Of a stretch of DNA of 64,000 nt, positions 27,028-35,502 are shown piece by piece (position 1 is the stretch's first letter; each line of letters starts with the position of its first letter). The DNA is taken from NCBI GenBank assembly GCA_903864265.1, contig CAIPFN010000157.1, positions 687 to 64,686 on the forward strand, in the 5' to 3' direction. The DNA is from an uncultured Bacteroidales bacterium (lineage in GTDB: Bacteria > Bacteroidota > Bacteroidia > Bacteroidales > UBA4417). Under the pieces are notes generated by a model that worked only from the letters and a program-made list of their open reading frames with translations, ran no database searches and was not told the origin of the DNA. A program made the position numbers and the translations under genes.

Positions 27028-27112
27028 ATATTCAAACCAGTGGCTTGAATCATTTTATGGAATGAACTATACAGATGGAATGCAGATGACGGATTTACCT
27101 GATTAATTTCCT

Positions 27113-27120
27113 TACATTTG
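27113..27120 (+). promoter_or_regulatory. candidate -7 box (TACATTTG) upstream of the AI-2E transporter gene
   Basis: Exact match to TAnnTTTG, 22 nt upstream of ATG 27143. No clean TTTG -33 element at the canonical spacing. Confidence 0.3.
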
Positions 27121-27142
27121 TATTCTGAGATAAGCAATTTCC

Positions 27143-28240
27143 ATGAAACAGGTATTGACATATGTAGGGTACTTCTTGTTTTTAGCCCTGGTAAGTTTCC
27201 TTATCTGGCGTTTTTCCTTTATGATCATATGGGTGTTGATTGCGGCCATTATTTCATTTGTAGGACATCCGCTGGTAAGGTTTTTCGACGGCATCCATAT
27301 TAAAAAATGGAGGATACCTCACTCCCTGAGTGCCGGCCTGGCCTTACTATGTATAATACTGCTGTTTTTTGTATTGCTGGCAGTTTTTGTGCCGCTCATT
27401 GTTAGCCAGGCTGAGACAATTTCGAAAATAGATGTGAACCGCCTGGCCCAGGACCTGCAGGGCCCTATGCATTGGCTCGACAAGCAATTGCATACCTTTG
27501 GAGTGATCCCAGCCGGGCAGACCTTGCAGGAATTCATCATCATCAAGGCCAAATCGGTTGTAAATCTCGGGAATGTAAGCGGAGCTTTAAACGACTTTTT
27601 CAGCGTGGCGGGGACCGTCTTTGTCGGCTTGTTTTCGGTGTTTTTTATCGCTTTCTTTTTTATGAAAGACGAAACCATGTTCGAAGAAACCCTCCTGCTC
27701 TTTGTTCCTGTTAAGCATCATGATGCTACCCGAAAGGTGATTGCCGATTCCAAAAACCTGCTGATGCGATATTTCATAGGCGTACTACTGGAAGTGCTGA
27801 GCGTGATGACAATCATCGCTCTGGGGCTTTGGATATTCGGAGTGGAAAATGCCCTGCTGATCGGGTTTTTTGGAGGAGTCATGAATATTATCCCTTACCT
27901 GGGTCCCATAATCGGGTCAACTATTGGCATTGCATTAGGGATAACGGCTACACTTGCTTCCGGTTCATATGCCGAACTTTTGCCAGTTCTGGCTAAACTG
28001 TGCGGGGTAATTTTTTCGGCCCATTTTATCGATAATAATATCCTTGTGCCTGTCATTTACTCGAAAAGCGTGAAAGCACACCCTCTCGAAATCTTTTTTG
28101 TAATTATCATGGGGGGCAGCCTTGCCGGTATTCCCGGAATGCTGGTGGCTATACCGGTATATACTGTGCTCAGGGTTATAGCGAAGGAATTCTTTCAGCA
28201 GTTCAGGGTAGTGCAGAAACTCACTGCTAAAATTGATTAA
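27143..28240 (+). CDS. AI-2E family (PerM/UPF0118) transporter
   Basis: 365-aa polytopic membrane protein. The C-terminal half has the family pattern (..LLMRYFIGVLLEVLSVMTII..LLIGFFGGVMNIIPYLGPIIGS..). Confidence 0.8.
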   Translation: MKQVLTYVGYFLFLALVSFLIWRFSFMIIWVLIAAIISFVGHPLVRFFDGIHIKKWRIPHSLSAGLALLCIILLFFVLLAVFVPLIVSQAETISKIDVNRLAQDLQGPMHWLDKQLHTFGVIPAGQTLQEFIIIKAKSVVNLGNVSGALNDFFSVAGTVFVGLFSVFFIAFFFMKDETMFEETLLLFVPVKHHDATRKVIADSKNLLMRYFIGVLLEVLSVMTIIALGLWIFGVENALLIGFFGGVMNIIPYLGPIIGSTIGIALGITATLASGSYAELLPVLAKLCGVIFSAHFIDNNILVPVIYSKSVKAHPLEIFFVIIMGGSLAGIPGMLVAIPVYTVLRVIAKEFFQQFRVVQKLTAKID

Positions 28241-28248
28241 GAAAAGGT

Positions 28249-29253
28249 ATGCAAAACTGGGCGTTTTACTACCTTTCCTTGTTGAAAACCTTAAATCCGG
28301 CCAGGGTACTGAATGTTTCCCTGGTAGGGATAAGTTTTCAGATAAGCAAGGTATTCCGCATACCCATTCTGGCTGGAAAGCCCTGGGCTGCTTCCATCGA
28401 ACCTACTACATACTGTAATCTCCAATGCCCGGAATGCCCGACAGGAATGCAATCGCTTACTCGTCGGCAGGGGACAATGGATACAGGCGTATTCAGGAGC
28501 ATATTGGATAAACTTTCGCCGGGTCTCTTACACCTGACCTTGTATTTCCAGGGTGAACCTTTTTTAAATCCCCGGTTTGCCGATATGGTTCAGATAGCCA
28601 GAAAACGCCGCATATTCGTGGTAACATCCACCAACGGGCACCATCTGAGCGAAAAAAATGTGGAGAATATTATTCGCAGCGGCTTGAACCACCTGATCAT
28701 TTCGCTCGACGGCATGGATCAGCAAACCTATGAGAAATACCGTGTAAATGGTAATTTCCTCACAGTAACTCAGGGAATACACAGGCTTGTTGCTGCCAGG
28801 AAAGCCATGAAATCCAGAACGCCTTTTATTGAATTGCAGTTTATCGTCATGCGCCATAATGAACATCAGATGGAGCAAGTGCGGGAGTTCGCAAAGATGG
28901 CAGGAGTAGATAAGCTTTCATACAAAACCGCCCAGGTATACCATTTCGATGTGGCGGGTACGATAATTCCAAAGCTGAAAGAAAAATCGCGCTACAGTCA
29001 GTTGCCCGATGGTTCCTGGGTAATGGCTAAGAAAATAAGGAATAGGTGTAAGCGTGTATGGAGTTCTATAGTACTTACCTGGGAAGGGAATGTTGTTCCC
29101 TGTTGCTACGATAAAAATGCGGATTATCAAGCCGGCAACCTGCTCAACGATTCCCTCGAGGCTATCTGGAAAAACCAGCGTTATACTTCGTTCAGGCAGC
29201 AGGTGCTGAACAACAGATCCGAAATTGAAATCTGCCGGAATTGCGGGGAGTGA
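28249..29253 (+). CDS. radical SAM protein with SPASM/twitch-like C-terminal Cys cluster
   Basis: CNLQCPEC (C56-x3-C60-x2-C63) is the radical-SAM cluster motif. GEPFLNP and VTSTNGH are also present. The C-terminal segment is C..VWSSIVLTWEGNVVPCCYD...EICRNCGE. Start is 8 nt after the AI-2E stop. Confidence 0.85.
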   Translation: MQNWAFYYLSLLKTLNPARVLNVSLVGISFQISKVFRIPILAGKPWAASIEPTTYCNLQCPECPTGMQSLTRRQGTMDTGVFRSILDKLSPGLLHLTLYFQGEPFLNPRFADMVQIARKRRIFVVTSTNGHHLSEKNVENIIRSGLNHLIISLDGMDQQTYEKYRVNGNFLTVTQGIHRLVAARKAMKSRTPFIELQFIVMRHNEHQMEQVREFAKMAGVDKLSYKTAQVYHFDVAGTIIPKLKEKSRYSQLPDGSWVMAKKIRNRCKRVWSSIVLTWEGNVVPCCYDKNADYQAGNLLNDSLEAIWKNQRYTSFRQQVLNNRSEIEICRNCGE

Positions 29254-29366
29254 ATAAGATGCATTGAAAAAATCAATGAATTTGTCCTTTTCGGATGCGT
29301 CCCGTCCCTGTTCCACAAAAAAAACTAATTTATATTTTTCGGACTAAGCGGGGGCGGACGGTGATG

Positions 29367-30278
29367 CTATTTCTTTCCTGTAAGTTCCTGGAAAACCTGT
29401 TCCAGGCTATGCTCTTCGCGGTGGAGTGAAAGCAGCGTAAGCTTGTTTTCGACTGCAAACTTGTTGATTCCTGGCCTGATATCTTCACCCGGGCGGGACT
29501 GCAATTTCCAGGTAAGAGCATTGTATTTCGTTGCCTTGATTACACCGGCGATAGATAGTAACATTTGCTCGGTTGCAGGCGTTTCGAATTCAACGGTAAC
29601 AATATCGTGCGATTGAATGACCGATAATTCGGCAGTAGCGCCGTCGGCGACAATAATGCCGTGGTTGATAATTATGGCCCGGCTGCACACGGCTTCCACC
29701 TCCTGCATAATATGGGTGGACAGAATAACGGTTTTTTGTTGCCCGATTCCCTTGATCAGTTCCCGGATTTCGATCAGTTGGTTTGGGTCGAGGCCCGAGG
29801 TGGGCTCGTCGAGTATTAACACTTCGGGATTATGAATCAGAGCCTGGGCCAGCCCTACACGTTGGCGGTATCCTTTCGAAAGAGTGCCGATTTTTTTATT
29901 CTGTTCAGGGCCAATGCCTGTAATTTCAATGATTTCGCGAATCCGGCTGCGGGAAGCTTTTCCCAGTTTATGAATGCCGGCAATAAATTCAAGGTATTCC
30001 TTTATGTACATATCCAGGTAAAGCGGGTTATGCTCCGGCAGATATCCTACTATTTTTTTTACTTCTTCTGTATCCATCATAACGTCATGCCCGTAGATGG
30101 ATGCTGTACCCGAAGTAGGAGGGATGTAACCGGTAAGTATTTTCATGAGAGTCGATTTTCCGGCGCCATTCGGTCCCAGTAAACCTACCACTTCTCCTTT
30201 GCCTATGTTGATATTCACCTTATCAAGCACTACCTGCGTGCCGTAAACCTTGGTAATATTATGAGTTATGATCGACAT
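29367..30278 (-). CDS. gldA: ABC transporter ATP-binding protein, GldA-like (gliding-motility-associated)
   Basis: Walker A GPNGAGKS, signature LSKGYRQR, Walker B LILDEPTSGLD. The stretches VGYLPEHNPLYLDMY and KTVILSTHIMQEVEA match my recollection of GldA. The symbol is tentative and was not verified by search. Confidence 0.7.
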   Translation of the reverse strand: MSIITHNITKVYGTQVVLDKVNINIGKGEVVGLLGPNGAGKSTLMKILTGYIPPTSGTASIYGHDVMMDTEEVKKIVGYLPEHNPLYLDMYIKEYLEFIAGIHKLGKASRSRIREIIEITGIGPEQNKKIGTLSKGYRQRVGLAQALIHNPEVLILDEPTSGLDPNQLIEIRELIKGIGQQKTVILSTHIMQEVEAVCSRAIIINHGIIVADGATAELSVIQSHDIVTVEFETPATEQMLLSIAGVIKATKYNALTWKLQSRPGEDIRPGINKFAVENKLTLLSLHREEHSLEQVFQELTGKK

Positions 30279-30421
30279 GAAGATTTTGTATTTATAAAGT
30301 GCGAAATTAGGAACTTTTTTAACCCGACACCTCGTTTGTTTTTGAAGACTCTATTCCGAATTTATGATCCGGATCCGGATCTGGACAAAATAATCAAAAT
30401 CTGCTTAAAACCACATCTGCT

Positions 30422-31660
30422 TTATTTGCTGATAACCAATCTGTAACAGGCCTGGTACCCAATTCCCTCATCCAGGCTAATCAGATAAACCCCAGGAGTA
30501 TAATTTCTGACATTTAATTTATACTTATGCTGCCCGGCAGATTGATATGCAACAAAAAGAGTAGTCAGGCTTTTCCCTTCGACGGTTGAAATATTCAACT
30601 TAACAATTCCATCATTGCGAACATTATATTCAATGGTGACTTCCTCAGAAGCGGGATTGGGCCAGACTGAAAAAGGCTGAAGATCTTCATTTTCAGGAAT
30701 AGTCAGGGAGTGGGCGAGTTCATACTCATATAACTTAAATGTTTTTCCTGAATCGGAACTTGAACAGAATTCCACGTTTAAAAATTGATCCGCGAAGGAC
30801 TCTTTTTCGTGTAAAATGTAGAATGTTCCGGATTCTCTGCCACAAGCGAAATGCACAAACTCATTACAAGCAAATGTTTGTTCACTTTGAAGGTCCCATT
30901 TCTTTCCATAATCAACTGATCTATAGATATAATAATGACTTGGACATGTATTGGTCCCCGTTACCAGATATAATTCACCTGCTTGCGTTCCACAGCATTC
31001 TGCCTTAAAATGGCTGCTGGTTTGCTGAAAGATTGATTGGGCATATGGAATTGTATCGAAGGTAGCACCGAAATCGAGGCTGTGACAAAGATACACACCT
31101 TCCTCCGTAAAAAAATCTGAATAAAATTCCCCTGAAACTGATCCGGCTTTCACATAGAAAGGATAATGAACGGTATCTTTCACTAAGTTTTGGGTTAATC
31201 CATTATCATAGCTTTTGAATAGCTGCAGAAAGTTAATATTCGCCGCATGATTACAATACATGAGGATCTCTCCGGGGATGGTTCCGCCAAAAATAGCCTG
31301 GATCCGATTTGAAGGCATCGCAATCGGTGCAAAAGTTAAGCCTGCGTCAGTGCTTTTATAAATTGAAAAGTGCATGCTTCCAATAACTGTGCCCTCAGTT
31401 GGTTCTGCGTACTCAATCAATCCGCCAAAATTATCTGCTTTGATATCGATTGCTTTTCCGTAATCAGAAAATCTGCAAATAATGCGTTTGTTATGGGAGA
31501 CAGTAGATAAGTACATGTCATCGTTTCCATTCCCTCTGAAAAAATCCTGCTGGCTGAATAAATGCATGGGAATTACAAAAAGTAAAATGCTGATTATAAT
31601 TCTGACCACTTCTTTAAAATTGTAAAACAGGGTCTTTAATAATCCGAAATAAGAATCCAT
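30422..31660 (-). CDS. secreted BNR/Asp-box beta-propeller-like protein with T9SS C-terminal domain
   Basis: The N-terminus is hydrophobic (..IIISILLFVIPMHLFSQQ). Five Asp-box-like motifs are present (STDAGLTF, SYDNGLT, SLDFGATF, SVDYGKKW, SSDSGKTF). The C-terminus is ..SVWPNPASEEVTIEY..VYLISL... Confidence 0.75.
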   Translation of the reverse strand: MDSYFGLLKTLFYNFKEVVRIIISILLFVIPMHLFSQQDFFRGNGNDDMYLSTVSHNKRIICRFSDYGKAIDIKADNFGGLIEYAEPTEGTVIGSMHFSIYKSTDAGLTFAPIAMPSNRIQAIFGGTIPGEILMYCNHAANINFLQLFKSYDNGLTQNLVKDTVHYPFYVKAGSVSGEFYSDFFTEEGVYLCHSLDFGATFDTIPYAQSIFQQTSSHFKAECCGTQAGELYLVTGTNTCPSHYYIYRSVDYGKKWDLQSEQTFACNEFVHFACGRESGTFYILHEKESFADQFLNVEFCSSSDSGKTFKLYEYELAHSLTIPENEDLQPFSVWPNPASEEVTIEYNVRNDGIVKLNISTVEGKSLTTLFVAYQSAGQHKYKLNVRNYTPGVYLISLDEGIGYQACYRLVISK

Positions 31661-32053
31661 GACAAAATAGTATAAATATGAGCATCAAATATATATAAAT
31701 TTATGATATGAATGTTTTATTAAGGCCAGAATATGGCCATCCGGTTCAATACCGAAAGAAAATTCCTGGATTATACTGCGATGGAGTGCCAGTATATATT
31801 CTGACAGAACTTTTGTTAATTCCTGAAATATACAAAACAGTACGTAGTGTTTATATCCACTATACCGTAATGCAAGGACGCCTTTGCGGATTTGGTTATC
31901 CAATTGGAAGCCGGATTTTATAAATAATAAAAAACTCGTTGTCACTAAACATTTATGTTAGTATTTTAACTATTTTTGCCCCCTCTAAACAAGAATGAAA
32001 AAGACGCTTCGGCCTTTGTTGAAAAGTAATCAACAAAATATTGTGAATAAGTC

Positions 32054-32084
32054 TTTGGATTTTAAATTTATAATAATACCTTTG
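32054..32084 (+). promoter_or_regulatory. canonical Bacteroidota sigma-A promoter for rplM-rpsI
   Basis: TTTG at 32054-32057 is followed 19 nt later by TACCTTTG (32077-32084 = TAnnTTTG). The site is ~57 nt upstream of ATG 32141. Confidence 0.5.
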
Positions 32085-32140
32085 CACCCCTTTTTATACC
32101 AAAGTGGGTATTTTTGATTAACAGCATATTACACAGGACG

Positions 32141-32596
32141 ATGAATACATTAAGTTACAAAACGGTCACTCCTAAGGCACCCGAAATTTCGAAAGAATGG
32201 GTTTTGGTTGATGCCGAAAACGAAATTCTTGGCCGTATGGCAACACAAGTTGCCAGGATTCTGCGCGGTAAAACGAAAACCAACTATACCCCTCATCTCG
32301 ATTGTGGTGACAATGTCATCATTATCAACGCCGAGAAGATCCGTCTGACCGGTAAAAAGATGAATGATAAGGTGTACGTTCATTATTCAGGACATCCCGG
32401 TGGACAGAAGATGAATACTCCCCGTATCATGTTGGTGAAGAAGCCTACTTATGTAGTGGAAGAAGCCATACGCGGCATGCTTCCTAAAAACCGCCTGGGT
32501 GCTGAATTATTCCGCAACCTGCGTGTTTTTGCCGGTGCCGAACATACCCATGAAGCACAGCAGCCTAAAAAGATTAACATTAACGAAATTAAATAA
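32141..32596 (+). CDS. rplM: 50S ribosomal protein L13
   Basis: MNTLSYKT...WVLVDAENEILGRMATQVARILRGK...DCGDNVIIINAEKI is the classic L13 N-terminus. ATG 32141 is preferred over the upstream alternative start at 32114. Confidence 0.95.
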   Translation: MNTLSYKTVTPKAPEISKEWVLVDAENEILGRMATQVARILRGKTKTNYTPHLDCGDNVIIINAEKIRLTGKKMNDKVYVHYSGHPGGQKMNTPRIMLVKKPTYVVEEAIRGMLPKNRLGAELFRNLRVFAGAEHTHEAQQPKKININEIK

Positions 32597-32601
32597 GTAC
32601 A

Positions 32602-32988
32602 ATGGAGACTACGAATGCAATTGGTAGGCGTAAATGTGCTGTAGCACGAGTTTATCTGAAAGAAGGCACAGGTGTCATCCTGGTTAACGGACGTGACTAC
32701 AAAGAATATTTCCCAACCGCAATATTACAGAATACAGTTTTGCAGGCATTCGAAATTTCCGCCACAGTTGGAACTTTCGATGTTATGGCTAACCTCAACG
32801 GGGGTGGCGTTAAAGGCCAGGCCGAAGCATTGAGGCTGGGTATTTCACGTATACTTTGCGAACTCGACCCTACCCGGCGTCCGGCATTGAAGGCAGAAGG
32901 CCTGATGCGCCGCGATCCACGTATGGTTGAACGTAAGAAATTCGGACAGAAAAAAGCCCGTAAACGCTTCCAGTTCAGCAAGCGATAG
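32602..32988 (+). CDS. rpsI: 30S ribosomal protein S9
   Basis: 128 aa. The sequence has GRRKCAVARVYL..., GGGVKGQAEALRLGISRIL and the C-terminal ..RKKFGQKKARKRFQFSKR. It lies 5 nt after rplM. Confidence 0.96.
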   Translation: METTNAIGRRKCAVARVYLKEGTGVILVNGRDYKEYFPTAILQNTVLQAFEISATVGTFDVMANLNGGGVKGQAEALRLGISRILCELDPTRRPALKAEGLMRRDPRMVERKKFGQKKARKRFQFSKR

Positions 32989-33017
32989 TATTGAAAATGA
33001 AGATAGTTTAGTATCTA

Positions 33018-33061
33018 AATTGCCAGGACTCCTGTATCACTTACGGGGCTACCTGGCAATT
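33018..33061 (+). promoter_or_regulatory. 10-bp perfect stem-loop in the rpsI-rpsB intergenic region (possible rpsB leader element)
   Basis: AATTGCCAGG (33018-33027) pairs with CCTGGCAATT (33052-33061) around a 24-nt loop. No T tract follows. The site is 45 nt upstream of the rpsB ATG. Confidence 0.35.
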
Positions 33062-33105
33062 GCGACATTAAAGAATGTAAACTAATTAAATCAGGAGATA
33101 ATTAA

Positions 33106-34011
33106 ATGGCAAGAACAACATTTGACGAATTACTCGATTCGGGCGCGCATTTTGGCCACTTGAAACGTAAATGGAATCCAAACATGGCTCCCTATATCTT
33201 TATGGAGCGCAACGGGATCCACATCATCGATCTTTACAAAACCATTGCAAAAATTGATGAAGCTGCTGCAGCTATCAAACAGATTTCGAAATCCGGAAAA
33301 CGCATCCTCTTCGTAGCCACCAAGAAACAGGCTAAGGAATTGGTTGCCGAACTGGTTCGTCCAACCAATATGCCTTACGTTACCGAGCGCTGGCCGGGCG
33401 GAATGCTTACCAACTTTGCCACCATCCGCAAAGCTGTCAAGAAAATGTCATCCATCGACAAACTGATGGTTAGCCCTGCTTTCCTGGGTATTTCGAAACG
33501 CGAACGTCTTCAGATTACCCGCGAACGTGCCAAACTCGAAAAGAACCTGGGTTCCATTGCCGACCTGAATAAACTTCCTTCGGCCGTTTTCGTGGTTGAT
33601 ATCATGAAAGAACACATTGCCATTGCTGAAGCACGTAAACTAAACATACCTACTTTCGCAATCGTTGATACCAACAGCGATCCTAACCTCGTGGATTTCC
33701 CTATTCCGGCAAACGACGATGCTTCTAAATCCATAGCCCTGATCATCAAAAAAATGATCGAAGCCATCGAAGAAGGTAGCAGCGAACGCAAACTCGACCG
33801 TGACAAACGCGAAGAAGAAGGAGGCGAAGAAGGCGAAGAACATGCAGCCAGCAAATTTGCTGACGATGACGACGACGACGCACGCGAAATAGCACGTAAG
33901 AAACGTGTTGCTGCCGGACTCGAACCTGCCGACGGCGACGATCGCAAACGTCCGCGTAAACCTGTTGCACGTAAACCTGCTCCGGGAGCCGCTCGTAAAC
34001 CAAGACCCTAA
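33106..34011 (+). CDS. rpsB: 30S ribosomal protein S2 with a long charged C-terminal extension
   Basis: The N-terminal ~225 aa are typical S2 (LLDSGAHFGHLKRKWNP.M..YIF..RNGIHIIDL...). The last ~77 aa are low complexity (EEEGGEEGEE..DDDDDD..RKRPRKPVARKPAPGAARKPRP). Confidence 0.95.
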   Translation: MARTTFDELLDSGAHFGHLKRKWNPNMAPYIFMERNGIHIIDLYKTIAKIDEAAAAIKQISKSGKRILFVATKKQAKELVAELVRPTNMPYVTERWPGGMLTNFATIRKAVKKMSSIDKLMVSPAFLGISKRERLQITRERAKLEKNLGSIADLNKLPSAVFVVDIMKEHIAIAEARKLNIPTFAIVDTNSDPNLVDFPIPANDDASKSIALIIKKMIEAIEEGSSERKLDRDKREEEGGEEGEEHAASKFADDDDDDAREIARKKRVAAGLEPADGDDRKRPRKPVARKPAPGAARKPRP

Positions 34012-34040
34012 TTCATACCCGAAAATTTTATTGTAAACCT

Positions 34041-34066
34041 AAACCTGTACTTTATAGTGCAGGTTT
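34041..34066 (+). other. stem-loop between rpsB and tsf
   Basis: AAACCTGTAC-tttata-GTGCAGGTTT forms 10 bp including one G.T, followed by ATGGATTT. It may be a weak attenuator or processing site. There is no strong T tract. Confidence 0.3.
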
Positions 34067-34108
34067 ATGGATTTACAACAGTAAATAACAAATTGAAATA
34101 ATACAACA

Positions 34109-34945
34109 ATGGCTACTATTACAGCATCAGATGTAAATAAACTGCGCCAGATGACCGGTGCAGGTATGATGGATTGCAAAAATGCGTTGGTGGAATCAGA
34201 AGGCGATATTGAAAATGCAATTGATATCCTGCGTAAAAAAGGACAGAAACTGGCTCTCAAACGTGCCGACCGCGACGCCAACCAGGGCTTCGTTATTGCC
34301 AAAACTACCGAGGATAAAAAATTCGCAGCGGTTATCATGCTGAACTGCGAAACGGACTTTGTTGCCAAGAATCAGGAATTTATTGATTATGCCCACAAAA
34401 TAATCGACCTGGCAGTGGCTACAAAACCAGCTTCACTCGAAGCCCTTTTATTCATGGAAATCGGCGGACGTTCTATCTCCGATGGTGTGACGGATCTGAC
34501 CGGCAAAACCGGCGAAAAAATGCAGTTGTCGCACTACGAATTTGTTGAAGCTCCTTTAGCTGTTGCTTACAACCACTTCGGTAACCGTCTGGCAGCTATA
34601 CTTGGTTTGAACAAGGCTGATGCAGCTGGTATTGAAGATGTAGCTAAACATGTGGCTATGCAGATCGCTGCTATGTCACCTGTAGCTCTCGACAAAGATG
34701 ACGTGGATGCTGAAACTATTGCCCGCGAAATTGAAGTTGGAAAAGACCAGGCTCGTGCCGAAGGTAAAGCGGAAGAAATGCTTGAGAAGATTGCTTTAGG
34801 CAAACTGAACAAGTTCTATAAAGAAAACACCCTGCTCAACCAGGAATTCATCAACGATTCGAAAATGACCGTTCGCGAATACCTGCAGAAAGCCGATAAA
34901 GACCTTACCGTTACGACTTTCCGTCGTTTGCAGTTAGGAGCATAA
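34109..34945 (+). CDS. tsf: translation elongation factor Ts
   Basis: The N-terminal UBA-like segment ITASDVNKLRQMTGAGMMDCKNALVESEGDIENAIDILRKKG is the EF-Ts hallmark. Position directly after rpsB is conserved. Confidence 0.96.
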   Translation: MATITASDVNKLRQMTGAGMMDCKNALVESEGDIENAIDILRKKGQKLALKRADRDANQGFVIAKTTEDKKFAAVIMLNCETDFVAKNQEFIDYAHKIIDLAVATKPASLEALLFMEIGGRSISDGVTDLTGKTGEKMQLSHYEFVEAPLAVAYNHFGNRLAAILGLNKADAAGIEDVAKHVAMQIAAMSPVALDKDDVDAETIAREIEVGKDQARAEGKAEEMLEKIALGKLNKFYKENTLLNQEFINDSKMTVREYLQKADKDLTVTTFRRLQLGA

Positions 34946-34962
34946 TTCTACTTTTTTTTTTG

Positions 34963-34995
34963 AAAAGCCCCGTCTGAAAAGAGGGGGCTTTTTTT
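34963..34995. terminator. bidirectional intrinsic terminator between convergent tsf and the DUF2809-like gene
   Basis: AAAAGCCCC (34963-34971) pairs with GGGGCTTTT (34984-34992) around a 12-nt loop. It is flanked by T10 upstream (34952-34961) and a T tract downstream (34989-34995). Confidence 0.75.
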
Positions 34996-35097
34996 ATGCG
35001 CGCTGTTTTGCAACTTTTAAAGCTATGATTATCCGATACTATGAAGGGATGTGGTCTCTCGATTTAGACATAATTATCTCGAACGGAGTGAAATACA

Positions 35098-35502
35098 CTA
35101 TCTTTTAAAAAATAGCTTTTCCATTATATACCCCGAACCCACTCCTATGGTGTAACATAGCAGATCGCTCCACAGAAATCCAAAACCAAGTATCAAACCT
35201 CCCAAAGGATTGGCGCGAAGGACATCAATCCATGAAGCATGATATAACTGGCTTATTTCAATGCAGAAGGAAAAAGCCAATGCGGCACCGGCAACCCATG
35301 ATGAGCTTTTTGCAGGAAAAATGAAACCAAACAGCAGGAATACCATCAAAGCCCATAACGTATCGCCCAGGTAGTTTTGAACCCATGGAGGCGATATCTG
35401 GGGAAAATGCCGCGAGGCAAGCCCGGCAGCTATGGTGACTACCAGCAATAGGGAATATAGATAACGGTTTCGGTTCAATGCCTGTTTTTTAAAATCAACC
35501 AA
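35098..35502 (-). CDS. small 4-TM membrane protein, DUF2809-like
   Basis: The hydrophobic pattern and the motifs ..YLGDTLWALMVF.. and ..LGFGFLWSDLLCYTIG.. resemble DUF2809. The only in-frame start is TTG at 35502, so the start is uncertain. Confidence 0.55.
   Translation of the reverse strand: MVDFKKQALNRNRYLYSLLLVVTIAAGLASRHFPQISPPWVQNYLGDTLWALMVFLLFGFIFPAKSSSWVAGAALAFSFCIEISQLYHASWIDVLRANPLGGLILGFGFLWSDLLCYTIGVGSGYIMEKLFFKR

Noticed and set aside
26937-27294. Minus-strand ORFs (74 and 60 aa) and a 61-aa plus-strand ORF around the operon terminator and AI-2E promoter
   Set aside because: They span a strong terminator hairpin and a promoter-like box. They overlap each other and the AI-2E start, and they have no recognisable features.
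31685-31945. 86-aa minus-strand ORF and overlapping 71-aa plus-strand ORF in the 480-bp gap upstream of rplM
   Set aside because: There are no motifs, the two ORFs are mutually overlapping, and the region is AT-rich. It is more likely a divergent promoter region. A small real gene cannot be excluded without comparative data.
33510-34003. Three minus-strand ORFs (67-145 aa) overlapping the 3' part of rpsB
   Set aside because: They are artefacts of the GAA/GAC/CGT-rich repetitive region encoding the charged S2 tail. Their translations are poly-Ser/Arg low complexity.
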